NCBI GenBank assembly: GCA_965219415.1
Contig: OZ244742.1
Span: forward strand, 256,001-320,000
DNA: 64,000 nucleotides
Direction: 5' to 3'
Source: Candidatus Marinacidobacterales bacterium
GTDB lineage: Bacteria > Acidobacteriota > Vicinamibacteria > Marinacidobacterales > DATDRI01
Made by a program: the position numbers and the translations under genes. Positions within the stretch are counted from its first letter, which is position 1. Each line of letters begins with the position of its first letter. The notes under the pieces were generated by a model. It saw nothing but the letters and a program-made list of their open reading frames with translations. It did not search any database and was not told where the DNA came from. Below are positions 38,561-48,341 of this stretch, one piece after another.

Positions 38561-40285
38561 ATGGCAGACAGCGCACCGACTCCGTTCGACCAGGGGTTAT
38601 TCCTCGTCCATCTCAACCGTGGGATGGAGAATTTCGAGCGGCGCAACTTCACGATCGCGGAGCGGGAGCTCGAAGCGGCCCGGCGCATGCGGCCCGCCGA
38701 CCAGCGCGTCCTGAACCTCCTCGGGCTGGTCTACTTCAAACGCGAGAAATACGACGAATCGGCTGGCATCTATCGGCGCCTCATCGATGGTAATCCCGAT
38801 TCCTATATCCTGCATTTCAACCACGGTCTGATCTGCTTCAAACTCGGCTCTTTGGACCAAGCGGAGGCCGCCTTCCTCAAGGCTCTCGACCTCAAGCCCG
38901 ACAATCAGAAGATCAATTTTTATTTGGGCAACATTTACGAAAAAAAGGGGCAGCATTACAACGCTATCTTCCAGTACCGCAAAGCCGGCGCCAACACCAT
39001 GGTCAAGCGGGTGCAGGCCAAGATCTCGTCCGAAAAGAGTGGAAGCGATGGGCACGACCACCCATCCACGTCCTCCAGTCCAGAGGACGCCCAATTCGCG
39101 GAATCGGCACCGATGCTCACGCTAGATGATATCGATCCGGAGCAGATTCTAACCGCCCTGAACGATACCAGCCCCATGGGCCCCCCTACGCCGGCGGTCG
39201 ACTCCCTCGGGACAAATGAGACGAAGGGCGAGACCGACGAATCAACGGATGATGCGCCGGTGGACGATGCCCCGACGATGCCGCCCCGCTCCAGGCCGCC
39301 CACGCCTCCTGCGGATCTAGCCGAAAGCGCCCTCGTCGGAGGGTCGGCGGATCCAACACCGCCCGCTAGAGAAGAGAAAGACGGGCAAGAAGATCGAGGT
39401 GACGAGACTGGCCCACTCGTCCGAACCGTCGTGCGACTCACCGACCCAGTCGTCCCCGACCAGCCGCTCAACGAAGTTGCTTCCTCGAAATCCCTCTCGA
39501 CTGCGGCCAAGGACTTGTTCACGCCCTCGCAACTAGAGCGTCGAAGGGGCTCCCGCAGGAGCGAGGACCAGACACTGAAATTGAAAGTGCCGCCTATCAT
39601 CGCCAGCGAAGCGAGCGGGCAACCGCCCGAGGATCGCCGAGAACCAGCCTCGCTCGGGGAAGATGATGAGGACCGCGCACCGCATCTGTATTCGCAATTG
39701 AGGCGTCGAGACGACAGCTTTCGGTATCTCGAGAACAACCTGATGGAAGTAACCTTTTCCGGAAAGGTCTTCATCAAACAAGGCACGATCTATAGCTACA
39801 GTGGAAACTTGACGTTTTGGGTCAAGCCTCAGCGGGAGGACGGAGCGCCATCGCTGATCATCGTAAGCGGTACCGGTCGATTGTTGCTCACCGACCGTGA
39901 ACGAGAGATCACGGTGCTGCAAGTCAACGGTGAGGAGATCTTCGTAGAGCCATCGCACCTACTCGCGTGTCAGGAAACCCTGACGCCGCGATACGCGCTC
40001 ATCGAGCGGGAGGGCGAGCCCCAGCCCCGGTTGCACGTGCTCTCTGTCCAAGGAACTGGCTTGGTAGCTCTTTCGGTAAACACCAAGCCCTTGGTGCTAG
40101 CGGTAACGCCCGGCTACCCGGTGAACGTGTCGAGCGCCAACGTGATCTCGTGGTCGGGAGAACTCTCGCCCGCCATCGTCGAGGACGAGGCACTCGCCGA
40201 GCTCATGTCGCCCCACTCGGGGACATCGCTCAATATCCGGCTCGAAGGCTCGGGAAAAGTGATGATGGAGAAAACGGTTCAGTAG
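38561..40285 (+). CDS. TPR protein with a disordered linker and C-terminal AIM24(DUF124)-like domain
   Basis: N-terminal TPR repeats, long Pro/Ser/Asp-rich linker, C-terminal beta-rich region with SGTGRLLL, VEPSHLLAC, VQGTGLVAL and LEGSGKVMM. Confidence 0.7.
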   Translation: MADSAPTPFDQGLFLVHLNRGMENFERRNFTIAERELEAARRMRPADQRVLNLLGLVYFKREKYDESAGIYRRLIDGNPDSYILHFNHGLICFKLGSLDQAEAAFLKALDLKPDNQKINFYLGNIYEKKGQHYNAIFQYRKAGANTMVKRVQAKISSEKSGSDGHDHPSTSSSPEDAQFAESAPMLTLDDIDPEQILTALNDTSPMGPPTPAVDSLGTNETKGETDESTDDAPVDDAPTMPPRSRPPTPPADLAESALVGGSADPTPPAREEKDGQEDRGDETGPLVRTVVRLTDPVVPDQPLNEVASSKSLSTAAKDLFTPSQLERRRGSRRSEDQTLKLKVPPIIASEASGQPPEDRREPASLGEDDEDRAPHLYSQLRRRDDSFRYLENNLMEVTFSGKVFIKQGTIYSYSGNLTFWVKPQREDGAPSLIIVSGTGRLLLTDREREITVLQVNGEEIFVEPSHLLACQETLTPRYALIEREGEPQPRLHVLSVQGTGLVALSVNTKPLVLAVTPGYPVNVSSANVISWSGELSPAIVEDEALAELMSPHSGTSLNIRLEGSGKVMMEKTVQ

Positions 40286-40342
40286 ATACGGCCGACGCCT
40301 GGCTCGCTTGATAGCACCACTCCGTCCACCACGGACAGATCT

Positions 40343-41707
40343 TCACTCGAAACCCCTGCGGTCCAGAACAATTTCGCGCCCACTCCCACGAATCGTGGTT
40401 TGACTTCCATCCGCCCCCTCTAGAGTGATCTCCCCCGAGTCGGCGCTCGGCGTCACACCCTGCCCATATTGAAGGGACGCGAACCGGGTCAAGGTTTCGA
40501 GAAACTCTTCCCGGTCTCCCTTGGAATCCCAAACGGTGCGCCAAACCAGGCGATATTTCCCCCGCGCATCCCGCCATAGTGCGTAACGATCGCCACCCCA
40601 GCCCTGGGCGGCACGATCGGCGTCCCGTCGGCCCACCTTTCCCGAGAAGAGAACTCGGATGAAGTACTCCCCGAGCTGCCCCTCCGATTCGACGGGCTCT
40701 CCCACGGCCTCGATCAGGTTCACATCAATTGGCTCGTCTCGTTCGTCCAGGTATTTTTTCGGATGAAGCACCTGCTCCATCGAGCTCGGAGGATCCTTGA
40801 GGCTGCGATTGAGGAGCCGAAAACCGCCCCGCCGATAAATCTCCGTCGCCAACCGCTTGCCTTCGAGATACGGAACGATCAGTTGCTCACGTACGACGAG
40901 CGGCGCGCTCCTGAGCTCCGGGCCGGCGAACATCTCTGCCATCGCCCGTCCGTCGTCGGCCCCTACGCCTCCAAAACCAAAGAGACCCTCGAGAACCTCT
41001 TGTCCCACTCCCTCTCGCGCTGATCCGCCCGAAGCGGCGGCTCCGCTTCCCAAGTACATTGCCATCAGCAGCGTGGCGTCTCCCTCCAACAAGCTGAGAG
41101 CAGCAAGCTTCCGATCGTCGTAGTCAGTTCCCTCCCCCAGCGTCGCTCTCAAATCGAGATGCTGATCCTGCAGAGCATGTCGAAGCTCGTGAGACAGGAT
41201 GAGCTGGTTCATCAAGTTCAAGGATTGGCCGGAAGAAACGGTGGAAATGGCGAAGAGCTTCTTCGCGCCGGGGCGTTCGTCGTAAAACCCGGCAACGTTC
41301 TCGTTCAAAACCTGTTCTCGAATCGTGCGCAGGTCTACTTCGGCATCGAGGAACCCGAATGCTCTGAGCATTCGCTCATCTTTCTCGGCCACGGTCGGCG
41401 GATATTCTTCTTGGAAGAGCTGATGGATGTACTCGGCAAGCTCATCGCGGCTCATGAAATCGATGGGAATGCTTTCTGTGAAACGGAGCTCGCCGACTTC
41501 CTCCACTCTTTTTTTAAGCTCGTCGGGATCCACTTTGGGTAAGCCAAGCATGTTTCCGAGCAACTCGAAAGCCCGAGCCAACTCCTCCTCGCTTGCCTCA
41601 CCGACCTGGGACGTCGTCGCCGATCCGTAGCCCAACGCCACAACTAAGACTCCGACCTGTGCTGCGACACAGAGAGCAAACACCTTGAACGTCCCAAGAC
41701 TTTTCAT
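40343..41707 (-). CDS. exported zincin-like metallopeptidase domain protein
   Basis: N-terminal hydrophobic segment, VAGFYD, HELRHALQDQH (HExxH), LLEGDA, PY.EG, SMEQVLHP and GWGGD motifs. Confidence 0.75.
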   Translation of the reverse strand: MKSLGTFKVFALCVAAQVGVLVVALGYGSATTSQVGEASEEELARAFELLGNMLGLPKVDPDELKKRVEEVGELRFTESIPIDFMSRDELAEYIHQLFQEEYPPTVAEKDERMLRAFGFLDAEVDLRTIREQVLNENVAGFYDERPGAKKLFAISTVSSGQSLNLMNQLILSHELRHALQDQHLDLRATLGEGTDYDDRKLAALSLLEGDATLLMAMYLGSGAAASGGSAREGVGQEVLEGLFGFGGVGADDGRAMAEMFAGPELRSAPLVVREQLIVPYLEGKRLATEIYRRGGFRLLNRSLKDPPSSMEQVLHPKKYLDERDEPIDVNLIEAVGEPVESEGQLGEYFIRVLFSGKVGRRDADRAAQGWGGDRYALWRDARGKYRLVWRTVWDSKGDREEFLETLTRFASLQYGQGVTPSADSGEITLEGADGSQTTIRGSGREIVLDRRGFE

Positions 41708-42806
41708 AGAGTACTTCCCAAACGTAGGACCAGCCCGACGAGCGCCATTTCGGTAACGACTAACACCCCCCAGACACTTGGAGAGGCCAAGCAGGGCCAC
41801 AAGTGAGCGAGCGCATTGCTTCGGTACGCTCTTGTGATGTCTTTCGGTAGGTCGGTGCGCCTGGCCCCCGCGATTTCGACGTAAGGCGAGTACCTTCTTT
41901 CTACGATCTGATTCTCTCCCGTGGCAGCGTGTACGTCTCCAGCGTCCGCCGCCTGATTGCGCGCTTGAATGTGCCGCCGGGCTTCGGTGACGTAGGAATC
42001 CTCGATTCCCCAAAGATCCTCGGCGGGTCGGAGAAGTCCCCCGCGCTCGCTCGGCGAGATGGAAGACCAACGCATGCGACGCTCCTCACCCGTATTCTCG
42101 AGCTCCTCGGCGTGGTATTGAGAAACGAACTCCACGTCGTGCCAGCGGATCCAGTGACCCCAATGGACGAAGTACATGAACGCTCCCAGCAAGGGCAACA
42201 CCAAGGCAGCGGAGATGGCAACCTGCCGAAGCTCCGCACGGGTCGGCCACACGAGCTCCCCTCTTTTCACCCCACCTTCATCCAATACGAGGCCAGCGTA
42301 CAGGAGACCGAACGCCCCGGCCGCGGCGTTGACGGCCACATCGCGAACCTCGGCGAAGCGCGTGGCGAGTGCCCATTGGATAAGCTCATCCACTAACCCG
42401 ACCGCCACCAACAACAAGATTTGCGCGGAGCGTGCTACTAGGGAACGGCCCCGCATGGAGAAGAACGCGAGAAACGCGAGGGTACCGTATTGGGCGAGGT
42501 GGGCGGCTTCCAACGACCCGAGACCTGGGATCGGGGATCGGGGGCCGCCAGGAGGGTATAAACCAGACCGAGCCCCAGAGAAAGTAAAGTTAGAGTTCCT
42601 ACCGCGCGCCAGCGTCGCCCGGAAGTAAGCAGCCAGGTGCAAGCAACAATCACCGCCGCCGCGGCGAACAACCCAACGGCGACAAACCGCTCGAACCCAC
42701 CCGCCGCGTTCTCGTTGAGGTAATTTCTGAGCGCGGGGAGGAGAGGCCCGGAAAACCAGAGGAGTCCAGTCCAAGCGACAACCCACGTACGGGGAAGGTT
42801 GTCCAT
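41704..42806 (-). CDS. VanZ-like membrane protein, frameshift near 42520
   Basis: Multi-TM protein with E..HL.QYG.L and DELIQW....R..EVRDV..N VanZ motifs; N-terminus in ORF 42438-42875. Confidence 0.75.
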
Positions 42807-42828
42807 CTTTTTCAGGGTTGCAGGGTTG

Positions 42829-43487
42829 TCAGGCAGTGGCCTCAAACTGGCATTCCGGCCGTCCCTGGCCCCCACAGTTAGACTCGACCACCAAAGACCA
42901 ACCCAGCGAGGCTCGTTCCATCAGGCCCTTGAACAACGACGCATAGTAGACGCAGACTGGCCCATTAGCCACGACGGTTCGGCAAAATATGGAATTCGCC
43001 ACGACGACGACGAGCTTGGAACCGTCCCGTCGAGCTTCGAGTTGCCCATCGCGATGGATGTTCTTTAGGCCGGCCCGGAGAAGCCTCTTCACAGCGCGCT
43101 CCCGTCCGACCAGTGGCAGAGAGCTCCACAACTTGCGCTCCAACGGTGACAGATGCTCGTAACTCCAATCCGAGGCATAACGGCCGGCTCGATCCATGAC
43201 TTTTTCGTACAAAGCGGGATCGCGGCTGAGGTAGCTCACCGCGCCCATCACGGGAGCGATATGGAACTGCGGACGGCGATCGGCGGGATCGAACCATTTT
43301 TGGAAGACCTCCAGCTCTTCCGGGGCAAGGTCTTCCAATGCCTGCCGCAGACTGGCGAAAAACAAGCGCTCGACCGAGTCTTTTTTCAAGACCTCTCCCG
43401 GGCCGATCAGTTTCGCTTGCCGCAAACGGGACCCGAAGTGGTTGGGTGGCGGGCTAGTTGCCCCCCGAGTCGACGCGCGTTTATCAT
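42829..43487 (-). CDS. V4R-like domain protein (start uncertain: ATG 43487 with frameshift, or TTG 43425)
   Basis: C-terminal NSIFC...PVCVYY...ESNC.GQG.PECQF pattern typical of V4R ligand-binding domains. Confidence 0.7.
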
Positions 43488-43506
43488 GACGAACGGAGTA
43501 AACCTA

Positions 43507-43515
43507 ATTATACCA
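43507..43515 (-). promoter_or_regulatory. extended -10 promoter of the V4R-VanZ-peptidase unit
   Basis: Perfect TGGTATAAT on the minus strand, about 20 nt upstream of ATG 43487. Confidence 0.65.
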
Positions 43516-43544
43516 TTCACGCAGCTCATCTCCCAGGACAGCAC

Positions 43545-44156
43545 TTGCCTTCGCCTTCCCCCATCGAGGCCGCAATCCTAACCGGCGGGGGCTCCCGCCG
43601 CATGGGCACCGACAAGGCGTTTCTTCGCCTGGGAAGCAAGACGATCATCGAGAAGCTCATCGAGACTCTGCGCGCGGCGGAGTATGACCCCATCCGCATC
43701 ATCGGCCCAACCAGGCCGCATGCCGAACAGCTAGGCCTTCCGATCCAGCCCGATTCGCAAACCGATTCCGGACCTCTCGGTGGCATCCACACCGCTCTGC
43801 TGACCGCCTCCCACGAGTTCGTCCTGGTGACCGGCTGCGACTTCCCCTTTCTCGATCGAGACCTCCTGGCCCATCTGGCAGGCCTCCTCCCCGGGCATGA
43901 CGCGGTGGTTCCCGTCTGGCAGGGGTATCCGGTACCGGTCTGCGCGTTCTATTCGATTCGCTGCCTCGGGGCGGTCGAAGCCCGCTTGGCGCGGGGCAGC
44001 CTCAAGGCCGCCGACTTTCTCGGCGATGTCTCTGTTCGTTGGGTGAATGAAGCGGAGTTACGGACTCTAGACCCTCGCGGGCTCTCTTTCTTCAACCTCA
44101 ACACGCCCGAGGATTACCGGAAAGCCCAGGAGATCGAAGCCCAGGCCGGGAACTAA
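43545..44156 (+). CDS. mobA: molybdenum cofactor guanylyltransferase
   Basis: ILTGGGSRRMGTDKA, GPLGGI, CDFPF and FFNLNTPED motifs. Confidence 0.93.
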   Translation: MPSPSPIEAAILTGGGSRRMGTDKAFLRLGSKTIIEKLIETLRAAEYDPIRIIGPTRPHAEQLGLPIQPDSQTDSGPLGGIHTALLTASHEFVLVTGCDFPFLDRDLLAHLAGLLPGHDAVVPVWQGYPVPVCAFYSIRCLGAVEARLARGSLKAADFLGDVSVRWVNEAELRTLDPRGLSFFNLNTPEDYRKAQEIEAQAGN

Positions 44157-45426
44157 TCGGCCTTCAACGGATAACCCTCGCTTCTAGCGATGAAACACGC
44201 CGCGGTCGCGTCACCGGTAACGTTCACCACCGTGCGTCCCATGTCTAGAATACGATCTACCCCGATGATGATGGCTATGCCCTCGCCCGGAACGCCGACC
44301 GTCTCCAATACCACCACCAGCAAGGGTATCGCTCCACCGGGAACCCCCGCCGCCCCCACCGCCGTGAACACGGAGAGCACGACCACCAGGCACTGCATAC
44401 CTAGGGACAACTCGACCCCGAACACCTGAGCAACAAAGAGCTCCCATTCATGTTCGTCGTTGCACCGAGAGGCAGAACGAAACCTGCAATCTCCGAAGGC
44501 ACACCCAACTCTTCCTCGCTGGTCTTGATGGTCGTTGGCAGCGTGGCATTCGAGGAGCTCGTCGAAAAGGCCGTAATCATGACCGGAATCATCTTCTTGA
44601 AAAATTGGCCGGGCGAATAGCGAGCGACGACTGTTAGCAGAATGGAGTAGGTGCCGAACAGGTGCAGGAGATAGCCAACCAAAACGATGATGACATAGAA
44701 AGACAGGTGCCTGAGAATCTCCCAGCCGAAAAGGGCGGTAACGTCGAAGATCAGCGCCGGCACCGCAAAGGGGGCGATGCGCATGGCGAACCCGACGATG
44801 ACAACCATCGCATCCCCGATCCCGTCGAGTACTTTGACGGTCGCCTCGGCGCGCTCGCGAGGAATCATCGTGAGAGCCAACCCGAAGAGGATTGCGAAAA
44901 CGATGACCGGCAGCATTTGAGTCTCGGCGGCGTCACGTATCGGGTTCCGGCTCACCATACGCACCAGCATATCCGGCCAAAATCTCCCCTCTCCGGCAAC
45001 CGACGCTCTTTGCTCTGCCTGTCCGCCGAATCTTTCCATGAGCGCTCGCTGTGTCTCCGGGTCGAAGCCCTCACCCGGTCGCAACGTATTCACCATCGCC
45101 ATCCCGATGACTACCGAGATCGTCGTGGTCAATAGGAAATAGCCGAACGTTTTGGCGCCTAGCCGACCGAGCTTTCCCACATTGCCCAATCGAGCAACGC
45201 CCAGCGACAACGAGCAAAAAACGATCGGAATGACGACCATGAAGAGTAGGTTGAGAAAAATTTGACCGATCGGACCAGTCACATTATCCACGAACCATTC
45301 CAGGCTAGAGTACTGAATGGTGCCAGCCGCGGTGAGCTGATTGACCGTTACGCCTGCAGCACCGCCGATCACGAAGCCGACCAGAATCTTCGTGTGGAGA
45401 GGAATTGCCTTTGGTTCTTGTGCCAT
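44153..45426 (-). CDS. dicarboxylate/amino acid:cation symporter (GltP family), frameshift near 44440
   Basis: TAFSTSSSNATLP, PLGAT.NMNG, GAAGVPGG and DRILDMGRTVVNVTGD motifs. Confidence 0.93.
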
Positions 45427-45534
45427 CTGGGTCGCGCGACTTCAATGAGAAAAGCCGCGGCAGCATAGCATGAGGGATTCAGGAGCCTTCACACTACTCC
45501 TGGGAGAGGGATTAAAGGAAGGAAGCCAACCTCT

Positions 45535-46087
45535 TTAGGGTCGGCGGTCGGGGTTTCGTGTCCGGCCCCGAACTTCCCGCATGAGCTCCTGCAGTCGTCT
45601 CTCCAGCATGACCTCAAGAAGTCGGTATCTTCCTCTTTGCCGAGCGCTCAGAATCTCGTCAATCGTGCGGTAGTCCTCTCGCAAAGTTGTCTCGAGGTCG
45701 GCCTTCATCGTGTCGAGCTGTCCCACAAGCGCGACGATCTTTTCATCCTCGGAATCCGCAGCGCGGACGAGACGCTGGAGCTCCCTTAAACTCTCGCGTC
45801 TCTTCCGTTGGTAGTTCCCGTCGGTGCTGCTGCAACTTTCTCTGAGCGACCACCATCTTAGCGAACTGCTCGTCATCGAGCTCGAGTGCCTCCTCCATCT
45901 TGCTGATGATATAGGCATCCATAAGCCCCTGGATGTCGCGATCGGCGCGAGAAGGCGCCCGGGGTTCTTGGGACATCGGAAGCGCGGCGACCGGCGTGGC
46001 CGCCGCGACCAGGAGGCCAGCGACAAGCGCGACAAACACTATGGGCACGACAGGCACGTCGGGTACCCTAAGATTTCGCATGTTCAT
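45535..46087 (-). CDS. Spy/CpxP-like periplasmic helical protein of the ECF operon, frameshift near 45800
   Basis: Signal/TM segment, EALELDDEQ and ILSARQRGRY (LTxxQ-like) motifs; third gene after sigma and anti-sigma. Confidence 0.6.
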
Positions 46088-46635
46088 CCCCCATTTCCTC
46101 CTCGAGCTCGCGGCGAAACCGTTCCGCTTCCTCTGTGGTCAGTTGAGACAGGTCGAGGTTCGAAGCCGAGCTCCACCCCAGCGATTCTTCCAGTTCTTCC
46201 ACCGAATCCGACAACTCGACGATCGAGAGAAGAAAGAGGAACTCCGTATCCTCTTCTACCGCAGGAAGCACCGCCTCGAAAGAAACCGGCTCGGTATTCT
46301 CTGGAACAAAGAAATCCACTATCTGCCATGACATCACCGCGAATGTCGCCGCTGCCGCCACGTACCAGTACCAAGACACCCTCTTGCGCGCTGTGGCAGT
46401 TTGTAGCAGTTTTGCTTGCACGTCCGCACCGAACTCTTGCCAGTAGCTCTCCCCGGGGTGAGGCACGTCACCCTGGAGGACTTGAGCCATCGTTTTCCTG
46501 AAGCACCACGAGCTCTCCTGCGCATTCGCCGCAACTCGCTAGGTGCTGCTTCACGGCGGCATCGACCGGTGCCTCGTCCAGCAAGTCGACCAACTGGTCG
46601 TGATTCAGGTGGCGTCCGGAGCTACTCTCCTTCAT
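46068..46635 (-). CDS. zinc-binding (ZAS) transmembrane anti-sigma factor, frameshift near 46495
   Basis: MKESSSGRHLNHDQL...HLASCGEC (HxxxCxxC), followed by a TM helix; overlaps the sigma gene stop. Confidence 0.8.
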
Positions 46636-47009
46636 GACTCACCTCGCCCTTCGCCATCAGCACCTTCCTGAGGTTCCGCAGCGCGAAATAGAAGTTCGCT
46701 TTCGATGTCCCCACCGGACATCCGAGCGCGGTCGCAATTTCTCGGTGTGAGAAATCGTGGTAGACGCGAAGAATCAGGGTCAATCGCTGCTTTTCAGGAA
46801 GCTCCTGCACCCCTCGTCTTACCGACGCCGCGATCTCTTCGCGAGATAACGAATCTAACACCCCCGGCGAGGGATCTGGCAGGTTCTCACAGCTCCGCCG
46901 GCTGCATCTTCCGCGGCCCGACCCAGTTCAGGCAACAGTTCACCGCAACGCGATGGAGCCAGGTCGAGAATCGAGATTCGAATCGGAAACGAGGAAGCCC
47001 TTTGAATAG
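46622..47009 (-). pseudogene. ECF sigma factor, 5' part missing, frameshift near 46870
   Basis: Region 2 FKGLPRFRFESRFSTWLHRVAVN and region 4 LPEKQRLTLILR...SHREIATALGCPVGTSK. The N-terminus is replaced by unrelated plus-strand sequence. Confidence 0.85.
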
Positions 47010-47570
47010 GAAGATATGGGCTACCAGGCCAAAAGCATCAACGAAGGATTGGCGGTCGTCTTTTCCGAACTGGAGAAGGACAACTTCTCCGGCATCGGTA
47101 TCAGCTTCGGTGGCGGCTTGACCAACGTCTCGCTCGCCTATCTCTCCGTGCCGGTGTTTTCTTTCGCAATCGGACGAGGCGGGGATGATATCGACGAAGC
47201 GGTTGGCAAAGTGAGTGGCGAGACCGCGACCCGGGTCCGGGCCATCAAGGAAGAAGGGCTCGATCTCAATCACAAGCCCAAGTCCAAGATGGACGGCGCG
47301 CTCCAGATCTACTACGAGGATCTGATCACAACCGTGGTCGAAGGCATCGAGGAAGCGCTCGCCAAAACCGAGAACCTGCCGAAACTCGACCATCCGCTTC
47401 CGGTGGTGCTGGCGGGCGGGAGCGCCCTTCCCAAAGGCTTCAAGCTGAAGTTCGAGCGGGCTCTGACGGCGCAGAAGCTTCCGATTCCATTGGCCGGCGT
47501 ACGTTTGGGTAAGGATCCTCTCACCGCCACGGCTCGAGGTGCCCTACTCGCAGCTCTGTATGAAAATTAA
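47010..47570 (+). CDS. actin-fold ATPase, volactin-like; C-terminal half only
   Basis: EDMGY...INEGLAVVFSEL (connect 1), GISFGGGLTN (phosphate 2), RGGDDID, VVLAGGSALPKGF (adenosine) and DPLTATARG (connect 2). Confidence 0.8.
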   Translation, partial: EDMGYQAKSINEGLAVVFSELEKDNFSGIGISFGGGLTNVSLAYLSVPVFSFAIGRGGDDIDEAVGKVSGETATRVRAIKEEGLDLNHKPKSKMDGALQIYYEDLITTVVEGIEEALAKTENLPKLDHPLPVVLAGGSALPKGFKLKFERALTAQKLPIPLAGVRLGKDPLTATARGALLAALYEN

Positions 47571-47584
47571 CGGCCCGGGGGCCA

Positions 47585-47745
47585 GCGCGTGGGCGAGGAG
47601 CCCACGAGCACTAATCGGCCGGAGGCCCGTCGGCCAGGAGGAATTGAGTCAGTGAATAGCGGGTGCTCAAGGGAACCTGGTCGGGTTTTTCGGCGCGAGC
47701 GAAGAGCGAGCGCCGCGCGTGGGGGTGGGGCCCCGCGCGCACTAA
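47585..47745. repeat. two related REP-like palindromes
   Basis: GCGCGTGGG-cgaggag-CCCACGAGC-ACTAA (47585-47614) and GCGCGTGGG-ggtggggc-CCCGCGCGC-ACTAA (47715-47745). Confidence 0.65.
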
Positions 47746-47759
47746 GCGAGGACGGAACC

Positions 47760-48018
47760 ATGAATGACCAAAAAGCCGAGAGCGTCGTTCCAAGCACGGA
47801 AGGCCGAATCGGACTGGATGTCGGGACCAGCAAGATCTTGGTCGCCCGTCGCACCGGACGTGAGCTCCAAGCATCCATCGAAGTCAACGCATTCATACCC
47901 CTTCCCTATTCCCGAATTACGGAGAACATCCTTCTACAAGAACAAAGTGCACTACTACCAGGAGAATGGCCACTTCTACGTATACGGGAATAGCGCGGAA
48001 AAATTCGCGAGCCTCTTC
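47760..48018 (+). CDS. actin-fold ATPase, volactin-like; N-terminal fragment, frameshift near 47940
   Basis: MNDQK...IGLDVGTSKILVAR (phosphate 1), NAFIPLPYS, then FYVYGNSAEKFASLF in the adjacent frame; breaks off at about 48018. Confidence 0.75.
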
Positions 48019-48019
48019 A

Positions 48020-48341
48020 CACCATCTCGACTGGGCCCATGGTTTCCCGTTCGCGGCGCTAGGCCTTAGCGATAAGTACGACGTACCCCTGCCTAGCATC
48101 GTAGGATTTGGCTTCGGCTACGACGAACACATGGTCGAATCGACGAAGGGCGAACTGTGGCCAGGAGTAAAGCATGCCGAACGAGAAGCTGCGCACGCGG
48201 GCACGGGATAAAGGCGTTTCGTCGGCGATGCTCAGATTGGAGTTACGGCGAGTCTATCGTCGTTATCAAGACACGCTCGAACAGGCGAAAAAGAACGGAT
48301 ACTCGCAACGCACGGTAGCGGCGGGGCTGGCTTCACCCTGA
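48020..48341 (+). pseudogene. C-terminal fragment of an unrelated gene (possibly an amidase-associated protein), frameshifted
   Basis: HHLDWAHGFPFAALGLSDKYDVPLPSIVGFGFGYD...LWPGV reads as protein but has no start and no actin motifs. The identity is a weak recollection only. Confidence 0.4.

Noticed and set aside
46887-47393. 168-aa minus-strand ORF as a complete ECF sigma N-terminus
   Set aside because: Only the last 40 or so residues are sigma-like; the rest is the antisense of the actin gene read across the junction.
47016-47570. ftsA, mreB or pilM call for the actin-fold fragment
   Set aside because: Phosphate 2 lacks the conserved Asp, and there are no ftsQ/ftsZ, mreCD or pilNO neighbours.
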